Shown: piece by piece, positions 46,124-58,533 of the stretch
Layout: the number at the start of each line of letters is the position of its first letter
Numbering within the stretch: position 1 is the stretch's first letter
Source of the DNA: Lepidodermella squamata
Taxonomy: Eukaryota > Animalia > Gastrotricha
Direction of reading: 5' to 3'
Assembly (NCBI GenBank): GCA_047495785.1
Contig: JBLDXI010000007.1
Coordinates: 4,154,001 to 4,218,000, forward strand
Length of the DNA stretch: 64,000 nt
Made by a program: the position numbers and the translations under genes
The notes under the pieces: model-generated
Databases searched by the model: none
Told to the model about the DNA's origin: nothing
The model's input: the letters and a program-made list of their open reading frames with translations, nothing else

Positions 46124-47289
46124 TCAAGGCTCACATTGAGGTTTTCGAGCATAGGAACATGTCATATTCCGCTTGAGTAAAGGCCGAAGTTCATTGAACC
46201 AGTATTCACTCAATTTAAAATCATTCGCCAACAGTCGATCATAAGAGTTAGAACGAGAGCAATTTTTCTCCGTGCGGCAGATAGATTCGCCATTGATTTG
46301 GGCTACCACGCCATCCAGGGCGTAACGGCAGTATTTTTCTTGAATTCGCCGCCTTCCGGCATCGCTTCTCAGCATTTGCTTTACTCGATTGACAACAAAA
46401 ACCAGAGTAGCCTTGTCTCCGAATTCAAGGCGGAAGCCTTTATTCCGCAATTTCCAAAAGCGGAACACGTCATTGAGCTGGAAGTACTTCTCGCTTTGCT
46501 CCAATGAGACGATTTCGTGAACTTCGACATCAGATGTCAGCCCGAGCTGGCAGATTCGAGTGAGCAGCGGGATTTTGATCAGAGATTCACAGGCATCGAA
46601 AAGGGCGCTCGAATGACCAGAAAAATCAAGAATGATGTGCTGAGATAAGTCGTAAGCCTTGAACAAAATTGACAAAAAATCGACGGAAAAATTAGGGAAA
46701 AAACATTTACCATCGCATTCACGGAATATTCAACGCCAGTGCCATCTCCGAACATTGTCGTATCCCACGGCGCTACGTCCAAAAAAGTTCCAACCTGCCG
46801 ATTGCCTCCGATATGCAGCACAGCAGTCGAATTCCAGCACTGGTTGCCATAGTGCTTGCGACACGCAGCAAGAGCCTGTTCCATCGAACATGACGTCTCG
46901 CAGTCCAGATCAACGGGCAGCTGCTTGCCTCGAACAACATCTCGAACAGGCCCGCCGAACAGAAACATCCAACAGCCTTCTTTCGCCATCGCCGCAAAAA
47001 CTTGTCGATAGGTTGTGTTCCGTGGCGACAAGCAGTCGACGTGGCGATCTAGCAGGGCGTCGATTCGCTTCGTGGCTAGAGTCGAATTCCAAACCACGAC
47101 GCTTTTGTCGTGCCATGGAGCGGTTTTAATGCTTGAAAATGGAACTTTCAAATGCCGTTTGTCCACCTTGATCAAAGTGCGCTCGCAAATGGGAGTTTTG
47201 TCACGGAATGCTAGGCCAATTTCGTGGCTGTATAAAACTGCTGTAGATTCACTAAAAATTACGGTTGAAACAACAAGTAATGTAATCAT
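46124..47289 (-). CDS. Signal-peptide-bearing class II (CCA-adding/polyA polymerase-like) nucleotidyltransferase (exons 47289-46711, 46657-46124)
   Basis: FLFGGPVRDVVRGKQLPVDLD (GG.VRD...DxD motif A); EYSVNAM|AYD...IILDFSG joined across a 53-bp intron, equivalent to DFTINAMAY...D; N-terminal MITLLVVSTVIFSESTA. Confidence 0.8.
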
Positions 47290-47958
47290 TTTCACAGAAA
47301 ATCGAAACAAGAACTGAAGATATTGGAAGAGTTGGATTGCTGATTACGCAGATTTTAGAATCGGAGTTACGCAGATTCAAATGGATACATATCGAATGTG
47401 CTTAACTAAGCAACCGCAGTAAATGCTCAGATTGTTATGGGATGCATTTGCAATTGAGGTAACTGCTCTGAAACTGAAATGAAGAAAACCTCTGATCCCG
47501 TGCTATGATTCTGTCCCCATACCCTCCGACTCCTTCTCGGGTTTTGATATTCAAAAAACATTCGATTAGCCTGAATAGCCAGAATCTCATTTTTCGGCAT
47601 TCGCAACACGGAATTCCAATTAGTTTTACAGCTATATGCAATTCAATTTTTGCAGTTGATAGATCACCAGTTTTCGACAAATTCTGTTTTGTCTCCTTTG
47701 TCTCCTTTAGAACAACATTTATTTCTAGTTTTTTGTCAATAATTTCGTTCATCGTGTTTTTCGTTCGTGTTTTTGTTTAATCAGTTATCAGAATAATTCG
47801 TTGTAATGAGAAATTTCTCGACTTCATTAAGCGATGTTTACTTTGCCGGCGCTTTACTGGAAAAGCCGTTTTCGAGATGCTCATCTAAGCTCAGTTCATT
47901 ATTTTTCTTTTCATCTCAAAGAAATTCGATTTTGTCCACTCTTCTTCTCTGTTTTGCC

Positions 47959-48222
47959 ATGGCTAAGCTAGCATTATATTTCGCCGTACTGGTAAGATCG
48001 TCAGCCATGATAAAGTTTGAAATAATGGTTTTCTTTTAACAGGCTGTTATCGTTGCTGTTGCTCTGGCAGCCCAGGCACAAGAGGAGGCCCGCGAGACAG
48101 AGGGCGGTGCATGCACCAGAGCCTCTGATGGCAAAGCGGGGCAATATCGATACATTGACTGGATGGGCAAGTTCATTTGCTATGTCAACACGAACTGGTC
48201 ACCATTTACTGGGGGCAAGTAG
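47959..48222 (+). CDS. 70-aa secreted peptide precursor (exons 47959-47991, 48043-48222), absent from the ORF track
   Basis: MAKLALYFAVLAVIVAVALAAQA-QEEARETEGGACTRASDGKAGQYRYIDWMGKFICYVNTNWSPFTGGK*; 51-bp GT-AG intron; AATAAA at 48338. Confidence 0.75.
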
Positions 48223-49289
48223 GAATCCCTTCGTATTTCGCAACATTCGATGTGAGAGGCGAGAGCTGAAGAGCTAGAAATGCAGCAAAATGTTTCACTG
48301 TGAAATGATTTAGTGCTTTTGCTTGATACATTTATCTAATAAAAACGTGATATATTGTAGGATAGAATGTGGAATTGATTTAGCTTTTCGGATTTTCGCT
48401 CTTATCATCTGCGCTCTAATCTAATTCTAACCAAAATTTCAGAAATACTTATGTTATTTTAGATGCTGTATCGGCTAGGGAAACGTCAAGGAGGACTTCA
48501 ATGTTCCTCAAGGTCACGGGGTTTTCAAAGTTGAATCCCAAAATGAATATTGGATATAGGGCAGGTGTCGTCGTAGGTAACATCCGGCAGCAGAGTGTGA
48601 TGATAAAAACCGCAATCAATTACGTGACGTGTACTTTCAAGAACAGAATCCATGAGGTTGGGGTAATTAATCAAACAGCTCACCAAACTTCGCATCTTCT
48701 CCAATACTATTGCACCATTCCTAATAATGATAGTGATGCTTTGCCTGATCGGCCAACAAGCGTTCCAATACCAATTCCAAGCGACAAACCTTCATTTAAG
48801 GATCGGAAAAGCATTCCTCACTAAGACCTATTGACCCTATATCGATCGCTGAAATTCCATTGGGTTAACTACCGGGTAAAAGGAACCTTTTATGGGCCGA
48901 AAATTGAGGTTTTCATTTTTTATCGATGGCTCAAACTAGATAGTCAAGCTTCACAAAAAATCAAGGGTGGGATTATTAACAAACCTGCTACATGCATGTC
49001 AACTTACATATAATAACAATAATCAAATAACAACTGTAATCTAATGTTTCACTCCGTTCTCTATGGCCACGTTCATCTGGGATGCTTCTGAAGGCGAGTC
49101 GACTTCATCGACGCGTCCTGTTCCAACACTGAGACTGCTCGGACTTCGCCTGGCATACCTACGGCGAGATCGACTATAAGATCGCGGGGTGGGCGACAGA
49201 ACGACTTGACTATAATATAATGACTATAATGGCGTATGCATTTGATGCACCGGCACGCGACTGACTTGGCCGAGATGCAAAAAATAGTT

Positions 49290-49560
49290 CTACGCCATTT
49301 TGCGCCATTTTTCATGTTCATAAAAAATTCCGATTTTTAGAATAAGGCATCCGGAGGCTGTGAGACCATCGAGTCTGACAGCGAGGCAAGTGCCAACTCG
49401 GATCGACTGCTTTCCAGTGGTGCGTCTTATTCGAGGGACTTCCAGGGTCATATTCATCCTGTCGAATAATGTGGCCAAAATATTTCAGACGACATTTTTC
49501 AATCAATTTACTCAATTCAATAGTGTCGCAGAGCAGTGTGATATCAACATTAAACATTAG
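49290..49560 (-). mobile_element. RTE-like retrotransposon 3' remnant
   Basis: LSKLIEKCRLKYFGHIIRQ...PRCQTRWSH matches the RTE C-terminal RL.WFGHI.R motif. Confidence 0.6.
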
Positions 49561-51921
49561 GGATGAAATCTGGGGAGATAATTTGTCAAATTGTAATGAA
49601 TTATAGATTGCCATTAATTATTCCAATCATTTAGTTTTCGTTTCGATAGGATTACTAGTTACTGGTGTGATTTGCTATAATTTCTATTTGCCCCTTGGCA
49701 GAACCAAAAAGATGTCTTGATCCAGGAGAATTTTTGTTTTTGTATTATTGTTCATTTTTAGCTGATAACAGGCACGCGATCGGGTTCACTTTTCAATGCT
49801 CGCATCATGCCACCGCCAACACAGTATCACGGACTCAATGACCGTATCATTCGAATATTTTTTTCACAAAATATTTCAATTTTATTAACGTGTTAAGCAT
49901 GCCCTATTGATGAAAAAGTGGATTGTAGTTTTGGCTTCTCCCGTCAATCTTTACCGCCTTCCGTCTTCAAAAATTCTTCTTCTTCTCGCCCGATCACAAA
50001 ACTCGACTCTCAGCTTTCGATTTTGTGCTGCAAGCAGGTGGAAGTGGAATGAATTTGTGGATTTAATTATCAGTCTAGGACGTGTTACAGGCCGAGTCAA
50101 TTCGCGACACGATGTAGGCCTGGCATTCCCGGTTGCAGAAAAGACGAAATGCAGGTATTAACATCGACATTTGTTTCCCTGAAATGTACACGCGTTGAAA
50201 TTTGGCTTTAAACGGGCATCTCTTTGTCAGTTTTGGCAAAAAATCAATTAAAATTACAAGTTATGTGATTGCGAAGCTTTGTTGTATGGTTTGATTGGAT
50301 TGTTCAGGTTGGCCCGTCTTTCAACGGCGCGTATCCACTGCGGTCAAATATGGCTTCATGCCAGGCTTATGAATCAAATTTCACGGTAAAATTGTTTTCT
50401 ACCCTGAACTCATTGAAAAGCTATTAATTTGAATATTTTGAAGAACCAACCTTTCGACGCGTGTAACATGGGCGCTCCTGACGGCCCGCTTTACAGGTGC
50501 CTTCCCAGTGGCTCGACCTGCTCCGGCGACAATGTGGTACGTTATTCACAGTTCACATTCAAAGTTTGAACTGATTTGTTTATTATCAGTTCCCAGGCCA
50601 GACGAATTTCAAAAACATCGACGCATGCCTGTTAAGTGGAGCACGTGAGTCATTATCATTTTCTCAATATATATATCGCGACATAATGCTTAATGCTTGT
50701 TTTCCGCAGGTTCCAGCCAAGAGATAGATCTAGTTCGTTACATTAGAAAGCCGTACAAGCGTTGCTTTAACGCGACCGATCGTTCGTTCTACGGGTGCCG
50801 TCCGGAGAGTCTTGGCTGCGTGGCAGGCGAAACTGACGAGTTCTCGCCTAAAGCGTACCGGACGAGAGAAAACTGCATGTTATGGGTGAGTGATGTTTTT
50901 ATATGCGACCACTGCGCTTGCAAAGCCTTGCCGTATACGTACGTTTTCAGAACGCTGTCCAGTGTGATACACCCACCGGCAGGAAGTGCTACAACCTGTG
51001 CCCTACTGGAGCCACACGTGTAAGATAAAATATATAGCTCCATTGTAGCGGATTGTAGCTCCATTGATGTCTGGAAATTAGGTCAAAGTCTTCGCAAAGG
51101 CAGCAACGTTTGACAAAAATTACGCAATGTGCTTGCTGGATATTGCCGCACAGGCCTCGAACAGTTCTTACTTCCTTTCTCCCGTCGCCTACAATAGCGG
51201 CCCATTCCGCAACCACCTAGACGCGTGTGCGGCCAACGGCAGCCGGCTCGCCACACTCCGCACGCCGGCCGACATGGCTGCGGCGAGACTCGTGCTCGCC
51301 GATTCCGGCGAAACATTCGTTTTCATTGGCCTGACCGGCACGTTCCGTTGGCAGGATGACAACTCCTCCTTCAGCATTTCGTCGCCGTTTTGGACTCCAA
51401 CCGGCCCAGCTAGTCATGGCTCGTGTGAGTAATACGTGGGTTAGGTATATTGCGTTGAGCCTGACCGAGAGTTACCAAATAAGGCAGTTTCTATTTTCAA
51501 TTTGCTGTTTTATTTCGATTTTACGCAGGTCTGAGAATGACGCCACCTGGCATTATTGATTGGCCGTGCTCTCTTTCAAATGACTTTGTGGTTTGCGTCG
51601 CCAGCGTGAGCTTCAATGTGTTCAAACTGAACGTGTTATACTTGACAGTTTTTTATTTGCCGCTTTTAGAACAACGTCTCAGATTACGAGGTGGTCACAG
51701 GAAATGCGGATTGGCTAGCAGCGTCAAACCTGTGCCAGGCCAAGGGCAAGACGCTGCCGGCTGTTAGAAACAAAGATTCGTACGACTTTCTGAATAACCT
51801 GGCGGTAGCGCGCTCTGGTAAAGCGTTCTGGCTCAATGGAAAGCGAACCGAGATTGATGAGAAAACATGGATCAATGGTGCAGCCTATGACAGCTCGCTG
51901 TTCACCATCGCCGGTTACGCC

Positions 51922-54900
51922 CATGAGACGTACCAGGACGCAGCGCTTCGATCAACACGCCATTTTGTTGTGTTATTTTTTAATGAGGTCCAAAGGTCAC
52001 TGCAAGAAAAAAACAGCCTCATTAACTTTTTTGCCTCAATCGTCATAGCAACGCGTGCGGCGACGCATGGAAGAAAAAAACAACTACAAACACCGAAATT
52101 TATTACTTGGAAATCGCACATAAAACATCATGACTAATTAGACATTGCACGAAAATACTACATATTACGTATAATATTTCATATCTACACTTCATTATTA
52201 TACGGCCAGGATTAATATAGGTATAACAACAGCTCCGAACGACTGGATAAAAATATAGAACGATATTTGCAAAGATTTTAAGAGGCTTAATACTGACATT
52301 TCAGGCGAATAAAATCAGCCACGTAGTTAATTATATTCACAATTTCATAGTAAATAATCACAGCCGGTGAAAATAATTGCCGATGGGCATTAGATAGATA
52401 TAGGACGGATGTATTGAGCCAAAAAAATATGAACCCAGATAGCGCGTATTTAACAATATCGTCGCAAGACGTGATTTTATATTCATAAAATTTGGCGACA
52501 GAAAGTGGGCACAACAACAATTTGTAAAGCACAACAAAGTGTGTTTGGAAAATAATTTCCAACTTAATAATTCGCAAAATCAGTTTTTAATAAAGCAACA
52601 TAGCAATATAGCAACAAAAATTAATAGAGTATCACCGTACTATGTAGACACCATGTAAGCATTGAAATATAAGGCAATGTTGAAATAGAGGGCCTAACCG
52701 AAATAGAGGATAGGTGCCTTTTAGCATCAACCATAAGATGGCTTATGCAATATGGAAAGACACCAAAGACCAAAGTGGAGAATTTCGTAATTTTACCGAC
52801 AAATAAAAAAAATGGAGTAAGGATATGACTGATGATCTATCATCCACTAGAAAACTGGAACCAATATTATTAAAGGAGCAATTTTCATCCCGGGTTTCAA
52901 CTGCGTTTCCTAGAAATGAATTCTAAAGTAGAGCCGGAATATAAAGCATTCCAATCAATTAACGGAGAGGTTAACGGTCGTTTGGATGATATAGAAGACT
53001 TGATACATTACAGGACTGTTAAATTTCCATATCAATCTTTGCCAAGTTTTTTAAGGCTAGCTCTAAAAGCAACGGACGAACCTGCGCCCTTGTCACGAAA
53101 AAAACGAATTGTTCGACGTGCAATCATAAATTGAGCCCGTTGCAGTACAGGAAAGACGATGGACCGGTCGGTCAGATTTTGCAGGGTGGCATTCATTTTA
53201 GTAACGACAGGCTGCAGAGCCTTGTTATTGACCAAGTCCGCATGAAATTCAGGCGTGAAGCATAGCTTTAATATCGCGAGGACATCCGCATTAGGCTGCG
53301 TTGCCCTTCCTCGAGATCGTAGCTCGACGTAGTCGCTGTGAGCCTCAGGGCTAGGCGTCAGCTTCAGCTTACGAGTCACAAAACCGGCACACCATTCAAT
53401 TGCAAAATTGTCAATTTTCAAATTACCAGGCAGGTAAACCCGATGAATGCCGGCTTCTTTCGCCCTAGCCAGTGACTGCTTTTTAAGAAGGCGAGCAACT
53501 TTGATAGGGATTCCAGTAGATCGTCCACGGACCTTGACATTTCCGCCGCGGCTGCATCCGAAATAGCCGCCGCCGAAGCGTAATTTTCCAGCTCGGCGCT
53601 GAATAGCTGTAAAATTAGGGTTTGACTTTGAGGAATTACCGTCGCGGCGAAACTGGTTGAACAGAATCTCGTTATGATCCTGATTTGCGCGCGACGGAAC
53701 AAATGATTTGGCCCCATTGGACAGCGAGGCTCGTACCAAATTGACGAAATTGATCGAAGTTTCGATTAACCCTCGGTTGGCCTGCCAGGACAGTGAGGTT
53801 TTCTCCGATTTGTTTTCTTCGTTTATTTTACTTATTAGCGGAACAAAAGCACGAATTAGCCATACCAGGCGCTTGTCGTTGGGATCGGTATACGGAGCGA
53901 CGTTGGGCTTGATTAGATTCTCAGGCACGACTTCCTGGTTGCCATTCAGGCAGTCGAACCAGACGTCCATGAGAAGCAAGAAGAAGGCAGTCGCTTGCGC
54001 ATCAATGTTGTCCGGGTGCATCAGCAAAATTTCGATGGCGACGGATCGCGATAATACCTGAGCAGCATAGGCCACATTCATTTTTTGAGGAGCATTTTTA
54101 CCCTTGACAGTAAACACGTGATGGGCAGTAAGCCGAGTGGAACGCTGCATGAACCGATTCCGATCACGCAAATACAGTTCTTCCACAAATTCCCACATAA
54201 CACGACCCTTACCAAAGCGAGGAAACAAATTGAGGAGATTCAATTCAAATATCGCCGAGAAAGCATCCCAGTCCACGGTTTCAAAGTCGAGGGTAACCTG
54301 AAATAATGATGAGGAATTAATACAACGGGCTAATGGCAAAATTCATATCGGCAGTGATATCGGAAAGAGCAGCTGCTTAAAGACGAGGCATTACTTGTTT
54401 GAGGGTAATTAGAGCTCGATCCTGCATTACTTGATCCGGTTCATTGTCTCCTTCGGCTTTATCTCCTATATTATTATACCTTACCTGTTGATCCTGAGGA
54501 AATGTGAAAAGAAGAGCATAGATGTTAAGGAAAAGACAGTTTTGGCTAGTCTGACGTAATTAAACGTTTCGTCTCGGCCAAGAGACTCATCAGAGACCTT
54601 TTAAACTGTAAACTCGTTAGTAAATCTATAGCTAGATATTATGGCTTTGTTAGTAACTAAACACTCGCGAACTATAACAATTTTCTGAAATATTAGCAAT
54701 GAAACCCTAAAATTAAGCTATTATTTCATTAGATTTCGGGCGATTATTTTCTAGAGATATAACATAAAAGAGATGATAGAAAAATATTATGCACTATTAA
54801 TCAGCAGATATGCTTACCTTCTTGTGGATAATCGCATTTCTCGTGATTTTCAAAACGTGAGGAGGGTCAAACAGCAGATGGACGACTTCATCCGTGCAGG

Positions 54901-57441
54901 GATGTCTCAGGCCTTCCGGTCCAAATTGTTCACAAAGCATGTTATACATGGACCAATTTTCACCGGCACCGTCCCATGTAGCCGCCGTGACAGTTATCGG
55001 AGTTTCAAGCTCATAGAGCCGCTTGATCGAATTTTTCAGAAACTTCGCCACGAAGGATACTGGCATATCGACCATCGGAAAGTTGGCAATATTGACCACC
55101 ATTTTATCTTCGACAAATTTGAGGCAAAATGAAAGGCATTGCTTTGCTGGTTCGCCGGGCTGATCGAGTGCCATTCCTACAATGGTATTACTCTTATCGA
55201 TGATCTGCATGCCCGATGACATGGCCATAGCATCGAGAGACAACATTCCATATTTAAAACGCCAGGGTTCGTTTGAATTTTTGATTGTCAACGATAACAT
55301 CTCTAGGCAAGAATCAGAAATCCCAGGGCTGTAATCGATAGGAATAAGGCGGACAAGAGTAGATGGATGTGGTAGCATTAACATTGCTGAATCACGGACG
55401 AATTCGTACGCCTTCGCGCTAATTGAATGGAGCATGATTGCCATGTTCATTACAAGCTCGCCGGCTTTACCGACATAGCGAATGGCGTGAACAGATTCGA
55501 CTTTCCTCTGATGATGCTGAGTCTGCATAAATATTTCCAGCTCCTCCTTGGTGATGTGAGCATGAGGTGCGTGAATCACTTTAGGCGGTAGGTCAGCATC
55601 GACACCGATAGATTTGAAACGCCGAGATGATTTTTTTGCAAGCACTTCACGTCTAAGAGCGTTTAATGCTGTCTCGTAATAGTTGGCAGATCTAGCTAAG
55701 CGCCGATTTTCATCTTGCAGCTTGGCGATGATCTTTTTAGCCGACATGCACTTGATACAGTTGGCTTTCTGTCCGCACTGTAAGTGAGCCGAATAACATG
55801 CTGACGTCAGAGACGCGACATCCGGTGCCTTGCCACGCTTAACTCCAGTTTCCTCAGTCCGAGCCGGATGGGTCTGCGATGATGCCGGGACATTTTGAAC
55901 ACTTCTTGTCACCTGTTCCGATTGTTCAAACGACTGCTTTCGGCTGGGTTGCGACTGATTTCCAAGGTTGCGCATATTGACTTGTTTTCGAACAGTGCTT
56001 CGATTGGAATATGTCTCGGGGACATGTAGCAATTCGGGAGCAGCAGCGGGGGTGACGACGGGAGTTAGCAAAACAGGAATCTTTGCGACAGATAAAGCCC
56101 GTTTTTTATTTGCCGGTTGGCCAGTGAAGCAAGACGCAGGTAGAGGATCTGAATAGGCAATAATCATTAGGTACTCATTACTAATTAAATGTGGGAAAAG
56201 TAATTACTGGAGTACTCATTCTTCCCTCGCCGTCTTTCCTCAGCGGATGTACATGCTGTTTCTGACACCCAGGGCCGTTTGGTAGCTGGCTGCGCGATTG
56301 CAGTAGAAGTAACACGTAGTGTAAAAACTCGTGGACCTCGCGGAGGTGTCTGCTGACTATCCTCGGGTCCCGGCTGCCGTTCAACCTATCATAATTCAAC
56401 AGATTCGATGCCGAAATAGCATCAAAGACAATCTCTTACGTCTCCACATTGAAGTAGCAACAGTCTCTGATAAGCAGCCGTTTCATCCCTGAACACAAGT
56501 AAGAAATATGATCACCATATGAAAAAATCATTAAGGTTGCTCGCTAAACATACCTCCTAGAACACACTCTGTTTCGAAAATCATAATGACGATCCGATAA
56601 TTCCTTATAAACTACCGCGAGTTTAACACTCTGTGAAGTAAGCCGAGCCGCAGGCTTCGCAGGCGAACCATGGCTCAAATCAATTAGCTGGCTTATTAGG
56701 AGCGTATAGGCTATAAGAAATCGCCGGCGGCGTTTCTTCGATACAAACCAAACCAAGCCCCGAATAAAATGCATGGGGAGCAGCTGAGCAGTAGCGAAAT
56801 AAGAAATTAGCATAGACATTAGGCATCCAAGTAGGATCACTGCTGAAAACATTGAGAAATTCATCACCACAGGCAAGATGCACTCTGCCAACCAGGAGAT
56901 CTAGGATGTGAATTGAATTCGATGTACATATCGATATAACAGCTTCTCAGATTACCCCAATACATAGCGTTGACATCATGGCAGATGTTTCATTTGATCC
57001 GTAGCCGATCATCATGAACATGATCCATACGGACCAGTACAGCTTGTTAAGTAACATGGTCTCTAAATGAATCAACTGAAACCCTGTCAATTAAACAATA
57101 CATAATTGTAAGATGACTAATCAATGTATAAAAGAGTACAAACCTACACCGAAGAGCACTTGTCACCTGCCACCTGATACCAAATGATCAAAGTCTTGTA
57201 GGCTTCAAGACTCTTGTACAAGACTTTACACGGCCTCTGCGGTTTTTCAGTAGAAATAATCTGTTTTTACGTTGTCACTGTATTTTTTAACTTGACGATG
57301 GCAAATTAATTTTATATTCTAATAAAAATTTGCCATCGAAAGTCATTATTATGCACACTAATCATAAACACGTCACGTGATTTTTTACGCAACCTCGGAT
57401 AACGGGAGCTTCGAAGCCGCTGCGTCCTGGTACGTCTCATG
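51922..57441 (-). mobile_element. Full-length P-superfamily DNA transposon, 5520 bp
   Basis: TIR CATGAGACGTACCAGGACGCAGCG(G)CTTCGA (24 bp perfect, ~30-31 bp with one indel); perfect 8-bp TSD GTTACGCC at 51914-51921 and 57442-57449. Confidence 0.96.
53032..57057 (-). CDS. P-element polyprotein: hydrophobic N-terminal protein, 2A-like motif, transposase (exons 57057-56956, 56900-56554, 56488-56440, 56385-56208, 56148-54818, optional 54493-54485, 54297-53032)
   Basis: Transposase motifs AYEFVR...LPHPSTL, LSLDAM, WDGAGEN, FDPPHVLK..RN, KMNV..AAQVLS, FDCLN, NQDHNE.LF. The upstream exons join in frame through 54-65 bp GT-AG introns. The transposase call is very secure; the 5' exon model is less so. 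Confidence 0.8.
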
Positions 57442-57683
57442 GTTACGCCGTGTTCAGCCCATCTGAGTACTGTAAGTTCAACATTGAAAACAGGAGTCAG
57501 GAGGTAATTGTACATATTCCGCTTCAGGTTACTTGCTGACCGCTAACCAGGTTCAACAGGTTTCGTGTGCTTTCGGTGTCGCTGGCTTGTGCGAAAAAAT
57601 TTGACGAGATTTATTTGTCCGCGCTTCGACCTGACTTCATTCAAAAACCGCAGCTTTTGACGTCAGCTTAGTTACGATCAATA

Positions 57684-58533
57684 CACCTTTTTTCCTTTGC
57701 AATTTCATTATTTTTATTAAAGAAACACGCGTTTATTTTTCATGATTATCAGCGTATTCATTTTATTCATTTTCTTACTTTTTTCTACCTAAGAATTTAC
57801 TCGATCTTCGAAGTTCGCTGTATGCGAATACGAAACCCGAATAGGATGAACTATATATCAAATTGAAGCTAGATATATAATCTTTTCAAATATGCGATCA
57901 GATCGGCAAAATCATTATTTGTTTCGCAGAAACTAAGCAGTAAGTAGAATGAACTGCAAAGATGTTTTCCTTGGATAGCTTTTATATTTTATAGGTATAA
58001 GGACCCTCCCTCCTCCCCAAAAATGATTAGAACAATCAGGCGAAGGTGATATCTCGAGTAGAAGCGATAGAACCTCAAAAAATTTGGCTTTAGTAGCATT
58101 TTGGGCAATAGCTTACGCGGGTGCTGAGGTAGTTTTCACAAATATTGCTTTGGTTTCATCATGAAATGATGAAATTAGCGAAGACTAAGTAATAGAATAG
58201 TTCCTTAGCAGTTATTTGTTGAAAAATAAACATAATTTTAGGTAAAATCAGAAGAAACTTTCCGAACAACCAGTCGGCTAAAACGTTGAATACCTTCAAG
58301 AACAAAATCGCATCCAGTATTTTAATATCACAGCTAGATAGATCAGATCTCTAGCTTCAATTTGATATATAGTTCATCCTATTCGGGTTTCGTATTCGCA
58401 TACAGCGAACTTCGAAGATCGAGTAAATTCTTAGGTAGAAAAAAGTAAGAAAATGAATGAAATGAATACGCTGATGAAAAATAAACGCGTGTTTCTTTAA
58501 TAAAAATAATAAAATTGCAAAGGAAAAAAGGTG
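57684..58533. mobile_element. Non-autonomous DNA transposon with ~190-bp TIRs and TA flanks
   Basis: 57684-~57873 is a near-perfect reverse complement of ~58350-58533; TA|CACC...GGTG|TA. Confidence 0.88.

Larger units (their letters stand above)
49910..57604 (+). pseudogene. Multi-exon gene: four 4-Cys modules plus two C-type lectin domains, disrupted in CTLD2 by the P element (5' end uncertain)
   Basis: CTLD1 DACAANGSRLATL...FIGL...FRWQD...DWPCS...VC. CTLD2 WLAASNLCQAKG...FWLNG continues after the element as AGYA|VFSPSEY|CYLL...SCAFGVAGLCEKI*. Confidence 0.75.

Noticed and set aside
56100-56385. THAP domain in the P transposase
   Set aside because: Only a THAP-tail-like stretch (CF...KRAL...IP) is visible; the C2CH ligands were not found in the spliced frame.
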